Shown: positions 33,395 through 42,660, counted from the first letter of the stretch. The stretch is 64,000 nt of DNA from Candidatus Zhuqueibacterota bacterium (GCA_036351795.1 JAZBPW010000150.1:1842-65841); one strand, 5' to 3'. Made by a program: numbers and translations. Notes: a model not told the origin generated them from the sequence alone.

Positions 33395-35041
33395 CTATGG
33401 AAATATAGAGCCATCCGGATTATTCTGAAACAGATTATCGCTCATTTGTGGATTCGAATTCCCCGAAAGGTACACACCATAGGATCTGCTGTTTGCTACC
33501 ACACAATTGGATATTGTCGGGGAGGCGTTATCGCAGTAAATATTGGCCGGCCTGTTCTGATCCCCGCCACCGTATTCGATCAGGCAGTCATTCAACAGGC
33601 AGGACGCGTCAAGGCATCCGTCTCCGAAATCAATGCAGCCCCATGCACCGGGAGTTCTGTTGCTCCCAGTAAAAGTGATGAGACCGGATGCGCCATCGGC
33701 GATCAAACCGCCACCTTCGCGTATTTCAACGGAAGCATTCGACTCAAACATGAGGGTAAGGTTGGCATCCAGATGAAGGATCGCACCCTTAACCTTAATG
33801 CTGTTTTTGATTTTCAATGGGATACTACGAAACTCCCAGAATATCGACGCCAGAATATCGCCACCGGTCACTTCAATAACATTATCCAGATTCGAGACAC
33901 ACTGCGCTCTGCCCAGAATATGGACATTTACCGCCGGAGTGCTGATTGGCGGTCCGCAGTTACTGGTGATTGAGACACCTTCGAATTTATCCGGCGAATA
34001 CGTCCCCGTAACAATGAGACCGTACTGACTGCCGGACTCTATGCCGCAATTCAGAAATGATGGCGATGCTTTATCGATGGTCACATTTGCAGGCGACATG
34101 GGATCTGCGCCGCCATGCGCTATCAGACAGTTCATCAATTCACTGCCACTCGATCCATTGAATGTCAATCCATTCCAATAACCTTTGACCGGCACCATAC
34201 CCTTGAAAATGATTGAATCATTCGAACCGACCGCAATCAAGCGTGAACCACCTGAAAGCTCCATACCGGTGTTCGCATCAAAATGCAGTTCCGTGCCAGG
34301 CCTAAGCGTCAGCGATGATTTTTTCACCAGCAGATCGTCAGAAATCCGGTAAGGCAATCCGAGATCCGGCCATTCGGCATCCGCGTTTACCGCTCCGGAC
34401 ACGACCTTTACGTAGTTCGATGCATTGCCCTGATAATTACCTTCGCTGATGAAAGGGATATTGACGGCTGCGGTCATTATCGGCTCTTCCGCGTTTTCAG
34501 TGATCATATTATTCAACACATTGACCGGTTGACAGTGTCCGGATAAATAGAGACCACCCGAGGCACTGGCTCTTATCTCGGTATCCCGGATCTCGGGGCT
34601 GCTCTCCTGACAGTAAACCATGGCGGGCCAATTCGCATCTCCGCCGCCATATTCGATTCTACAGTTAATGAGAAAGCAACTATCCGGGATCGAATTGCGG
34701 GCAAAGAATATATATTTCCAAACGTCTTCATCACTATCCCGCGTGAAAATAATCTGCTCATCCTGTCCGTCTGCAATCAGCCCCCCTGCCTCCATGATGT
34801 TAATGGATGCGCCATTCTTCAACCGGACGGTGGCGCCGCTCTCGATCCTGATCACGGCGTGATGTATGTAGAGATCCCCATCGATAATGTGCGGACTGGA
34901 TGCCGACCAGAATTGATCCGAAGATATTGTGTCGGCGTGAATATCTTTGCCATTGCCGTCAACGGTTTGAGTCGTTGGCTGACGATCACAACAGATATGG
35001 GAAATCATCATCAGTAAGGCCGCAAAAATGAGATGACGCAT
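33395..35041 (-). CDS. Lipoprotein with three tandem right-handed beta-helix-like repeats; function unknown
   Basis: I trimmed the start to the ATG at 35041 (MRHLIFAALLMMISHICC, lipobox). A ~170-aa unit occurs three times, each containing '..(I/L)IF.....G.W..(I/L).F........L..C.IE(Y/H)GG.D...PA.(V/I)(Y/T).....SP.(I/F)..(T/C)....S...G(L/V)(Y/I)(L/V).G'. Confidence 0.6.
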   Translation of the reverse strand: MRHLIFAALLMMISHICCDRQPTTQTVDGNGKDIHADTISSDQFWSASSPHIIDGDLYIHHAVIRIESGATVRLKNGASINIMEAGGLIADGQDEQIIFTRDSDEDVWKYIFFARNSIPDSCFLINCRIEYGGGDANWPAMVYCQESSPEIRDTEIRASASGGLYLSGHCQPVNVLNNMITENAEEPIMTAAVNIPFISEGNYQGNASNYVKVVSGAVNADAEWPDLGLPYRISDDLLVKKSSLTLRPGTELHFDANTGMELSGGSRLIAVGSNDSIIFKGMVPVKGYWNGLTFNGSSGSELMNCLIAHGGADPMSPANVTIDKASPSFLNCGIESGSQYGLIVTGTYSPDKFEGVSITSNCGPPISTPAVNVHILGRAQCVSNLDNVIEVTGGDILASIFWEFRSIPLKIKNSIKVKGAILHLDANLTLMFESNASVEIREGGGLIADGASGLITFTGSNRTPGAWGCIDFGDGCLDASCLLNDCLIEYGGGDQNRPANIYCDNASPTISNCVVANSRSYGVYLSGNSNPQMSDNLFQNNPDGSIFP

Positions 35042-35285
35042 GGACCTAGAATCCAGTCTTGGGTCTCCTTTTTCCAAATTTAACCGCGCATGGTGAATTC
35101 TTCGCAACGTAAACCTCCAGTATGTCGCACCATAAGGCTGCAAAAGTTCTGCAGCTACCTGATCCATCCACCCCTTCTTCCTTGGGAAACGAGGCATGAG
35201 GACATCTTAAATCACAAAAAAGTATTCCGGATGTATCCACGCCTGCATTGTCACTTGCCATGGAAATATGTAGCTCCTGTAGAAA

Positions 35286-36338
35286 TCATAGTTTTTCATC
35301 AGATCTATTCGAATATCGTTGTTGTTCATATTCAAATATCTTTCTCATGTTCGTTATATCGAATTCCGTCAAATACCAGTTATCGTAGGTGCTGTCCTGA
35401 CGATACCAGGATTGGTTTTCGAAAAATAGCTTCAACCACTTGTTTTCAAAGCCTCTGCCGTACTTCGCAAAGAAGGCGTTTCTCATGAGTTGCAGTTCTG
35501 TTTTAGACTTGGTGGATAACTCCGATTCCTTGATAGAGCCAAGCTCTACCGGTGGTGGAGAATACAGATCGATCGGCTCAGTATGTGTATGTATAATCGT
35601 CTGCCCAGGTTCATATACAATGCTGTCCGGATCCTCCATCATCAGCCAATTTTCTGAATAGTGATGGCGGATCAGCAGAGTGTCGACGGAGAGCGCCCAA
35701 AACGACCCCATATTCAGCGGTAGCACAAAATCATTTTCCGCGCGTTTGGAATATTCGAGCTTCATCCATGACATCAACTCACTATACCAGGCCTCGTTCA
35801 CCCCGGCATCAAAAATGACCGGTGGTTTCTTGACGATGAAATTAAACGAGATGTCAATCTCTCTCACTTCTTCAGGTCCGAATTCAACCTTCCATGTGTT
35901 GACAAATCCAATGCCCGTTCGGTCATCATTTGACCATTTGATGCCGATACGGTCCACATAGTTTGTACACCTTTCTTTCATTTTTAGTTCATGAACTTCC
36001 TCTCCATCAACTTGCACCTGAAAGTTATTGAATTCGGAACTCAACAGTTCAGTCTCTACCACTTCGATATCAAAACCTGAATTAAAAGCGATCTCCTGCG
36101 TTACCTCCTTCGGGTACAGATTTTTCAATACATTGTGGCAATTCACAATCCAGATACCCAGCGGGTGGTGATATAGATCGATTCTCTGTTTCAACAACTG
36201 GATGTCATTCGAATTTATCAGAATCGGTCTGTCATACCGGTTTCTTCGCACCGGACTGATCAACGCATACACATTGGAGAACAGTATCAGCATCCACACT
36301 ATAAAAACGAATAACTTAGACTTGGTCAAATAGTCCAT
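35286..36338 (-). CDS. YARHG-domain protein with an N-terminal TM/signal anchor
   Basis: C-terminal 'LQLMRNAFFAKYGRGFENKWLKLFFENQSWYRQD' fits the YARHG-domain pattern (RN.I.A.HG..F....L..YF....WY). N-terminal hydrophobic helix. Confidence 0.6.
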   Translation of the reverse strand: MDYLTKSKLFVFIVWMLILFSNVYALISPVRRNRYDRPILINSNDIQLLKQRIDLYHHPLGIWIVNCHNVLKNLYPKEVTQEIAFNSGFDIEVVETELLSSEFNNFQVQVDGEEVHELKMKERCTNYVDRIGIKWSNDDRTGIGFVNTWKVEFGPEEVREIDISFNFIVKKPPVIFDAGVNEAWYSELMSWMKLEYSKRAENDFVLPLNMGSFWALSVDTLLIRHHYSENWLMMEDPDSIVYEPGQTIIHTHTEPIDLYSPPPVELGSIKESELSTKSKTELQLMRNAFFAKYGRGFENKWLKLFFENQSWYRQDSTYDNWYLTEFDITNMRKIFEYEQQRYSNRSDEKL

Positions 36339-36588
36339 CCCCGCGCTTGCTATACATGATGTCGCCTGAATTTATCAGCGATGAAAATATATACGAGAAA
36401 CACGCTATTGTTCATATCTCCTGATCCATGACCGTCGGTCTTGTATCATTCTGGCTCCTACCCGGCTCCTGCCAAAATTCCCGAAAGTCGAAAGGTAGAT
36501 TCCCTTGTTGAACAAAAATCGACCGCACTCTCCATTTATGACATACAACCGGAGTATTTTCGAACAGTCATAACCGCAATGTCCAATA

Positions 36589-36619
36589 TGGCAGAAAATC
36601 AGCCTGTATAATGCTGCCA
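36589..36619. promoter_or_regulatory. Inverted repeat TGGCAG-N19-CTGCCA, a candidate enhancer (UAS) for the downstream sigma-54-type promoter
   Basis: Read directly from the sequence. Its centre lies ~116 nt upstream of the GG of the -24 element at 36720-36721. Confidence 0.25.
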
Positions 36620-36718
36620 CTCTGTAGCTTATGTATCAGACAGCTTTTTATCATGCTATTATTCTATATCTTACAGTGCATTCATCCAGCCAAAATTATA
36701 CCGTTTTCATTTCATCCC

Positions 36719-36734
36719 TGGCATAAACTTTGCA
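36719..36734 (+). promoter_or_regulatory. Sigma-54 (RpoN)-type -24/-12 promoter
   Basis: TGGCATAAACTTTGCA versus the consensus TGGCAC-N5-TTGCW. GG and GC are exactly 12 nt apart, as in the consensus. It lies just upstream of the coiled-coil ORF. Confidence 0.45.
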
Positions 36735-36778
36735 AAATTATGCAAATGGTTGAATTTAATGAAAATCGAGAAAATAGC

Positions 36779-37297
36779 ATGAACGAATATGTTGAATACA
36801 ATCCCCAAAATCTGGAGAACATTCTCCTGAAAGTTGAGCAGTTGAACAAATATATTGCCCATCTGGAATCATCCCTCAAAGCAGCTGAGAATAAAAAGGA
36901 CAGCTACAAAAACATCCTCATGAAATACAAAGAGATTCTCGATGAGCAACTGAAACTCTATCAATTACATCGTTCAAATATGTACATGCTCAATGAAACC
37001 ATGAAAGAGAACGAAGTTTTCATGCTCGAACTGGAGCAGGAATTTTTAAGCTACGTCAATTCACAATCAGAGAACACAGATAAAAATGAAAAATCGCTCT
37101 CGTTCAAAAGGATCATGCTCCGGTTTATCCAACAGAACAAAATGTCGAAACTACAACTCAAGGAAAAACTCACAGAGCTGAATGAGACAATAGAACAGAA
37201 GAATCGGTTAATAGAGAGAATGCAGAACGAAGTTAAAATATCCAGCGATTCCGACGATGCTTCTTCACTACCTTCTCAAAGAGTATCCCTAAATTGA
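36779..37297 (+). CDS. Coiled-coil hypothetical protein
   Basis: Heptad-rich, charged sequence (..LKVEQLNKYIAHLESSLKAAENKKDSYKNILMKYKEILDEQLKLYQ..). The start is uncertain: in-frame ATGs at 36611, 36740, 36746 and 36779. I chose 36779 because it lies downstream of the sigma-54-type promoter. Confidence 0.5.
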   Translation: MNEYVEYNPQNLENILLKVEQLNKYIAHLESSLKAAENKKDSYKNILMKYKEILDEQLKLYQLHRSNMYMLNETMKENEVFMLELEQEFLSYVNSQSENTDKNEKSLSFKRIMLRFIQQNKMSKLQLKEKLTELNETIEQKNRLIERMQNEVKISSDSDDASSLPSQRVSLN

Positions 37298-37428
37298 GGC
37301 TTTGTCTGATAATATAAATAAAAATGCACCTATAATCAACAGAAAAACCATCTTAACAGAAAATTTCCAGTACTATAATCCGCAAAAAAGCCTTTGATTC
37401 ATCCAGATATTTTAGTAACTTTCAGATT

Positions 37429-38460
37429 ATGATCGAAAAACTCGAAAAGATATATACGGCCACGTATGGTATGGCGCCGGACAAAATCGAGCCATTGAGA
37501 AGCGATGGATCAGATAGAAAAATTTACCGGATATTTCACGGTGATCGTACGGTCATCGGTATCCTCGGAAACAACCGTGAAGAGAATGAAGCGTTCATCA
37601 ATTACTCCAGGCACTTCCGGAATCATGGACTCGATGTGCCCGAAATATATGCGGTCAATCTTGACGAGGGTGTTTATCTGGAAGAGGATCTAGGCGATGA
37701 TACACTGTTCTTGTGGATGATGGCCATCAGAGATAAATCCGGATTCACCGGTGATATAAAAGATGTTTACAGAAGCGTCGTGAAGATATTACCACGATTT
37801 CAGATCACGGCGGGCAAATCCATTGATTACTCCTATGCCTATCAGCACACTGAATTCGCGCTGGAATCGATGAGCTGGGATCTGCACTATTTTAAAAACC
37901 ACTTTTTGAATTACTTTTACAAGCAGAAACTCGATCATACCGAACTCGCGAAAGATTTCAATGCGCTGATGAAGTTTTTACTGCAGGAAAAGCGGGTCTA
38001 TTTCCTTTACCGCGATTTTCAGTCCAGAAATATCATGATTAAAAATCTGAGTCCTTATTTCATCGATTATCAATCTGGCAGGAAGGGCGCGCTGCAATAC
38101 GATCTCGGGTCACTCCTGTACGATGCCAAAGCAAATCTTCCAGAGGACTTCAGAGAAGAATTGATCGATGTATATCTGAAAGAAGCCAGCCAGTTAGGAA
38201 ATATCAACAGCAAAAAGTTCCGGAAATATTTCTACGGATTCGTGCTCATAAGGACAATGCAGGCTTTTGGTGCGTATGGATACCTGAGCGCTGTCAAAGG
38301 AAAAACCCATTTCTTCAAGAGTGTACCTTACGCATTGAGAAACCTGGAAATCCTGTTAAAAAAGGACATCCCCGTTCTGTCGAAGCTGAAAACCTTGAGA
38401 AAAATATTCACCAATCTGACAGAGAATGAAGAGATCACAAAATTCGCCAACGAAATCTGA
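37429..38460 (+). CDS. amgK: APH-fold sugar kinase, AmgK-like (N-acetylmuramate/N-acetylglucosamine anomeric kinase family)
   Basis: 343 aa. Catalytic loop 'YRDFQSRNIMI' (H/YxDxxxxN) and 'IDYQSGRKGALQYDLGSLLYD'. A MurU-like nucleotidyltransferase gene lies two genes downstream, matching the known amgK-murU pairing. Confidence 0.65.
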   Translation: MIEKLEKIYTATYGMAPDKIEPLRSDGSDRKIYRIFHGDRTVIGILGNNREENEAFINYSRHFRNHGLDVPEIYAVNLDEGVYLEEDLGDDTLFLWMMAIRDKSGFTGDIKDVYRSVVKILPRFQITAGKSIDYSYAYQHTEFALESMSWDLHYFKNHFLNYFYKQKLDHTELAKDFNALMKFLLQEKRVYFLYRDFQSRNIMIKNLSPYFIDYQSGRKGALQYDLGSLLYDAKANLPEDFREELIDVYLKEASQLGNINSKKFRKYFYGFVLIRTMQAFGAYGYLSAVKGKTHFFKSVPYALRNLEILLKKDIPVLSKLKTLRKIFTNLTENEEITKFANEI

Positions 38461-38878
38461 TCTGACTATCCGCCTGAACTCATTCGGGTATCAAAAATCA
38501 GGAATTCCCGCCGATACGACAGGCAACAATGGTGGGTTCGTATTCGATTGCCGCTTCCTGCCGAATCCAGGTCGCGAAGAAAGATACAGATCACAGAACG
38601 GCAGAGATATCGCCGTCATCCAATACCTTGAAAAATATCCGGAAGTCGAGCAATACCTCAACAACGTCATTGAAATCATAGACCTCGCGATTGAGAGTTA
38701 CATCGAACGTGACTATACCAGTTTGATGATATCCTTCGGATGTACGGGCGGACAGCATCGCTCTGTCTATTGTGCGGAACAAATCATGAAACATCTGAAA
38801 AAACGGAATGTCTCTATTGAACTCAATCATGTTGAGCTGGGCATATCCGAATCATATGATTCACCACGCGAATCTTGA
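38426..38878 (+). CDS. Stand-alone RapZ C-terminal-domain protein (no P-loop N-domain)
   Basis: 'LNSFGYQKSGIP...FVFDCRFLPNPGRE...GRD..V..YLEKYPEV..YL......I.....Y..R.YTSLMISFGCTGGQHRSVYCAEQI' matches the RapZ/YvcJ C-terminal domain (SFGfkyG..aD.vfDvRfLPNP....GCTGG.HRSV). The ATG at 38426 overlaps the amgK-like 3' end by 35 nt in another frame. Confidence 0.65.
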   Translation: MKRSQNSPTKSDLTIRLNSFGYQKSGIPADTTGNNGGFVFDCRFLPNPGREERYRSQNGRDIAVIQYLEKYPEVEQYLNNVIEIIDLAIESYIERDYTSLMISFGCTGGQHRSVYCAEQIMKHLKKRNVSIELNHVELGISESYDSPRES

Positions 38879-38914
38879 ACTGCGACTGAAACGTCCGGAT
38901 GACAGGACTTCACC

Positions 38915-39646
38915 ATGAAAGCAATGATTCTGGCAGCGGGATTTGGTACGAGGCTGAGGCCATTGACAGACAACAAACCGAAAGCCCTCGTCGAATTGAA
39001 TGGAAAACCGATCCTGCAGATACTTATCGAACGATTGATTCAGTTCGGAATCAATGACATCATCATCAATGCGCATCACTACTCCGATCTGATCGTAAAT
39101 TTTCTTGAGGAAAAAGAGCACTTCAATATCAATATTGTGATCTCAAGGGAAGAGGATATTCTCGGTACGGGTGGTGGCCTTGCGAAAGTTGCACATTTTT
39201 TCGATGATGACGCCCCTTTTCTGCTTCATAATGTGGATATTGTGACGAATCTCAATTACCGTCATCTTCTTGAACACCACCTGTCAGGCGATAATCTGGC
39301 CACACTCGTGGTATCAGAAAGGGAGACATCCAGATATTTTTTCATCGATAGAAATGATCTGATATGTGGTCATGGGAATCAAGACAATGCATTGCTGCGG
39401 ATCATGAGATATCCATGCTGTCTGAGCAGGAAGGTCGCATTCAACGGGATTCACATCATATCGCCGGAAATTTTAAGCAATATCACCGAAAGAGGCACAT
39501 TTTCCATCATCACTCTCTATCTTCGATTGATCGCCGAAGGACACAAGATCGGCGCCTATCACATGCCTTCATGCTACTGGAAAGATATCGGCAGAATCAA
39601 AGATTTGCGGTCTGCTGAATCAGAGATCGGGAAAACAGATCTTTGA
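38915..39646 (+). CDS. murU: Sugar-1-phosphate nucleotidyltransferase, MurU-like (MurNAc-alpha-1-P uridylyltransferase family)
   Basis: N-terminal 'MKAMILAAGFGTRLRPLTDNKPKALVELNGKPIL' nucleotidyltransferase signature. 243 aa. Operon context with the amgK-like kinase. Confidence 0.65.
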   Translation: MKAMILAAGFGTRLRPLTDNKPKALVELNGKPILQILIERLIQFGINDIIINAHHYSDLIVNFLEEKEHFNINIVISREEDILGTGGGLAKVAHFFDDDAPFLLHNVDIVTNLNYRHLLEHHLSGDNLATLVVSERETSRYFFIDRNDLICGHGNQDNALLRIMRYPCCLSRKVAFNGIHIISPEILSNITERGTFSIITLYLRLIAEGHKIGAYHMPSCYWKDIGRIKDLRSAESEIGKTDL

Positions 39647-39699
39647 TCTTCTGATTCAGACATATCTGGTTGCAGGCATATCTTTAAAAATCCGGAGAC

Positions 39700-40635
39700 T
39701 TAATTGGATTCATTTTTGGCTTCGGCATATTTGCCAGCATCCCAGCCATAATCTTCATAATGCCAGGTGAGTTCATCACCCGATACGTCAATCACGGCAA
39801 ATCCCTCAGGGAATTCGAATCGAGGTCCCTGCCACCACGATCCCGATACTGCGCCGGCGGTGATATACTTCACTCCGTAATAGTTGATCTCTTCGACAGT
39901 ATGCAGATGGCCCTGCAGTACCGCTTTCAAATTGTATGGATCACAAATCCGATTCACTTCATGCGCGTTCGTCACAACCAGACGTTCACTGTTCTGCGTC
40001 ATGGGCCCATTCCTGTATTGCAGGAATATTGAATAGAACGGAATATGCGTCACCAGCACAACCGGCTGGTCACTCTCGATTTCGGACAGATCCTTTTCCA
40101 GCCACTTCATCTGATTCAGATCGATCTCTCCGCGATAATTGCGTTCGGGTGTCATCTGCATGGCATCCAGAAGCACGAAGTGCCATCCCTTGTGGTCGAA
40201 CGAGCGATATGTTCTGCCATCACCCAGTCGATTCGCGAACATCTTTTTGCCGAATTCAGGATGCTTCGCATCGACGCCACTGTTTGGATACCACCCGAAT
40301 ATCTCATGATTGCCGATCGTATTATATACCGGCATATTAAATTCCTGAATCAACTCAGCATACAGATTATACAATGAATCCGCATGTTCATATCCGGTGG
40401 CAAGAACATCGAATACCAGATCCCCGCCGGTGACGACAAAATCGGGCCTGGGATCCAGCAAATTGACGGCTTCGATCGCAGCTTTGAAACCTTCAACCGC
40501 TCCAAGTTTTTGCTGACAGTGAATATCGGTCAGAAAGACGAAACGGAATTCATTCTCATCTGATTGACAACCGGTTAACAATGGAAGTATAAAAATAAAA
40601 GCAAGAATCAATGCCGATATCTTAATGCGACGCAT
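39700..40635 (-). CDS. Calcineurin-like metallophosphoesterase lipoprotein
   Basis: ATG at 40635 has GGAG 8 nt upstream and gives MRRIKISALILAFIFILPLLTGC (lipobox); the ORF-track start at 40671 is a GTG. Motifs 'FLTDIH', 'GGDLVFD', 'GNHE' and 'VTHIP'. Confidence 0.8.
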   Translation of the reverse strand: MRRIKISALILAFIFILPLLTGCQSDENEFRFVFLTDIHCQQKLGAVEGFKAAIEAVNLLDPRPDFVVTGGDLVFDVLATGYEHADSLYNLYAELIQEFNMPVYNTIGNHEIFGWYPNSGVDAKHPEFGKKMFANRLGDGRTYRSFDHKGWHFVLLDAMQMTPERNYRGEIDLNQMKWLEKDLSEIESDQPVVLVTHIPFYSIFLQYRNGPMTQNSERLVVTNAHEVNRICDPYNLKAVLQGHLHTVEEINYYGVKYITAGAVSGSWWQGPRFEFPEGFAVIDVSGDELTWHYEDYGWDAGKYAEAKNESN

Positions 40636-40688
40636 AATCAGACTCCATAGAAAAAATGGCTCCGGAGACACTATCCGCAGCCATCATA

Positions 40689-40949
40689 TCAGAAAATGAA
40701 TAATTTTCTTATCCTTTTAAATGGTATTTTGCCCCCCTTTATGGGGTAGGGGAATTCATCATAGATCTTTTCAACTTGATATGGATCAAATGCATTCTTA
40801 ATCTCTTTCGTCGACAGCTTTTTCAGTACCTGCACCTGAACAGTATTTGTTGTCTGTGACTTTCGAAGAACAATGATCCTCTCATCTTTTAGGTTTGCAG
40901 AAAGATCTTTCAAGCTGACATTGCTCTTAAATTTGATAAACTTCTCCAT
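40689..40949 (-). CDS. Small Lys-rich hypothetical protein (86 aa)
   Basis: ATG start. It fills the gap between citF and the phosphoesterase on the same strand. I recognise no motif. Confidence 0.35.
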   Translation of the reverse strand: MEKFIKFKSNVSLKDLSANLKDERIIVLRKSQTTNTVQVQVLKKLSTKEIKNAFDPYQVEKIYDEFPYPIKGGKIPFKRIRKLFIF

Positions 40950-41091
40950 AATAAGATCCTTCGTAAATTGAGCATCATTGTAAATATATGAAAAACCTGA
41001 AAAGATATTATGACACGCATCACGTTTGGCAAGAATAATATGCCACTTTGCTTACATAAATGCAAGTTAAATATTTTTCATTTTCTCTGTA

Positions 41092-42660
41092 TTACAGATT
41101 CTTCACTTGTCTGATACTGTCCAGGATCGTGCCATCCACCCATTTGACAACAGCGACGACCTTGTCACTCGTCTCCGCCCTGGCGGGTTTTCCACCGCAT
41201 ATTTCCTCGATCTCTTCCTTGAGTTCTTCGATCGTGCGGATGGGAAGGTCTGTATGCTCTACCCGTTCCAACAGATCTTTCCTCAACGGATTGATCGCAA
41301 TCCCGCGCTCCGTCACAACGACATCGATGAGCTCGCCAGGGCCACACAGAGTTGTCACCTCGTCCACAATCACGGGAATCCTGTCGCGAAATGAGGGGAT
41401 GGGCAAAATAGTGCATTTCGAAAAAAGACAGTTCTGCCATCCGCCAATCCCGTGCAGCAGCTTGCCATCGGAATGCGTGACGACATTGGCATTGAAATTG
41501 ACATCGACTTCTGTGGCGCCCAGAACCACGACATCCACCATCGATGCGAAATTTCCCTTTCCATGATAATTATAACTGGTGAAAGGACTCGTATTCACAT
41601 GAGTGGGGTTCTCACGCATGGAGCGTACCCCCTCGAGATCAAACGTCTGGCCGTCGAGGATATAATCGGTCAAGCCCTGTTCAAGCATGTCAACCAGGTA
41701 TTGTGTGCTGCCTCCGCGGACGAATCGCGCTTTAATTCCGGCCTCCTTCATCATCTCTTTCAGATAGATCGCAAAAGCAAGGGATGTTCCACCGGCCCCT
41801 CCCTGAAATGAGAAACCATCGGTCATCAGTCCGGCGTCCCGGACAAACCGCGCCGTCATTTCGGCGATCAGCAACCGGTCAGGACTCTTGGTGATCTGTG
41901 TTGTTCCGGAAATGATTTTTTCCGGCTCTCCGATCTTGTCCATGACCACCACAAAATCGACGTAATTCCCCTGTATCTGCCATGGTATGCAAGGAAAGTC
42001 GATGAGGTTATCCGTCACGACAATAACCTTATCGGCGTATTGCGAATCCGCGAGAGCGAATCCCAGGAGTCCGCAGGCAGAAGGTCCGGTCAATCCATTG
42101 GCATTGCCAAAGGGATCGGCAGTGGGTGCAGCGATCACCGCGATATCTATATGCACATCACCATCCTGTACCGCCTGGTAACGTCCTCCGTGCGATCGTA
42201 AGACACCAAGGCCTTTCATCTTGCCGGACGAGCAATAATCTCCGAGCGGACCATTCATCGATCCTTCGATATGATGAATCACGCCAGACTCCATATGATC
42301 GATTATCGGTGCGTGGCAGGGGAAAGATGCACTCGGAAACCACATCAGATCCTTCACACCGATTTGTGCGGCCGCTTTGAATACATGATTCGCCACCAGA
42401 TCACCATTTCGAAAATGATGGTGGGTAGAGATCGTCATACCATCCCTGATCCCCGCGTTCAACAGCGCCTTCTTCATATTCTCGACCACTTTATTTCCAT
42501 CATCCGGATAATCACTGCAGGATGCAATTGGAGGTGCCGTTTTCCGACCGGAAGGTTTGTATTTTCCCACTCCCTGATAGGGCACAGCAGGACGGCCATT
42601 CACGACATCGGGAACGAATCTTCCCGCAGCATTCTTCACCATCTTCGATTTCATCGTCAT
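41092..42660 (-). CDS. citF: Citrate lyase alpha subunit (citrate CoA-transferase) family
   Basis: 'GIRDGMTISTHHHFRNGD' aligns with E. coli CitF 'GLQDGMTVSFHHAFRGGD'. About 520 aa. ATG at 42660 overlaps the upstream TGA as ATGA; the ORF-track start at 42675 is a TTG. Confidence 0.8.
   Translation of the reverse strand: MTMKSKMVKNAAGRFVPDVVNGRPAVPYQGVGKYKPSGRKTAPPIASCSDYPDDGNKVVENMKKALLNAGIRDGMTISTHHHFRNGDLVANHVFKAAAQIGVKDLMWFPSASFPCHAPIIDHMESGVIHHIEGSMNGPLGDYCSSGKMKGLGVLRSHGGRYQAVQDGDVHIDIAVIAAPTADPFGNANGLTGPSACGLLGFALADSQYADKVIVVTDNLIDFPCIPWQIQGNYVDFVVVMDKIGEPEKIISGTTQITKSPDRLLIAEMTARFVRDAGLMTDGFSFQGGAGGTSLAFAIYLKEMMKEAGIKARFVRGGSTQYLVDMLEQGLTDYILDGQTFDLEGVRSMRENPTHVNTSPFTSYNYHGKGNFASMVDVVVLGATEVDVNFNANVVTHSDGKLLHGIGGWQNCLFSKCTILPIPSFRDRIPVIVDEVTTLCGPGELIDVVVTERGIAINPLRKDLLERVEHTDLPIRTIEELKEEIEEICGGKPARAETSDKVVAVVKWVDGTILDSIRQVKNL

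Noticed and set aside
32753-33973. 406-aa ORF on the plus strand
   Set aside because: It runs antisense across the boundary of two well-supported minus-strand genes (lipid kinase and beta-helix lipoprotein). It has no motifs and is Arg/Cys/His-rich like a shadow ORF.
36405-36620. 71-aa minus-strand ORF in the long spacer
   Set aside because: It has no SD or motif and an odd composition (Cys/Gly/Arg-rich). I treated it as non-coding; see the finding on this spacer.
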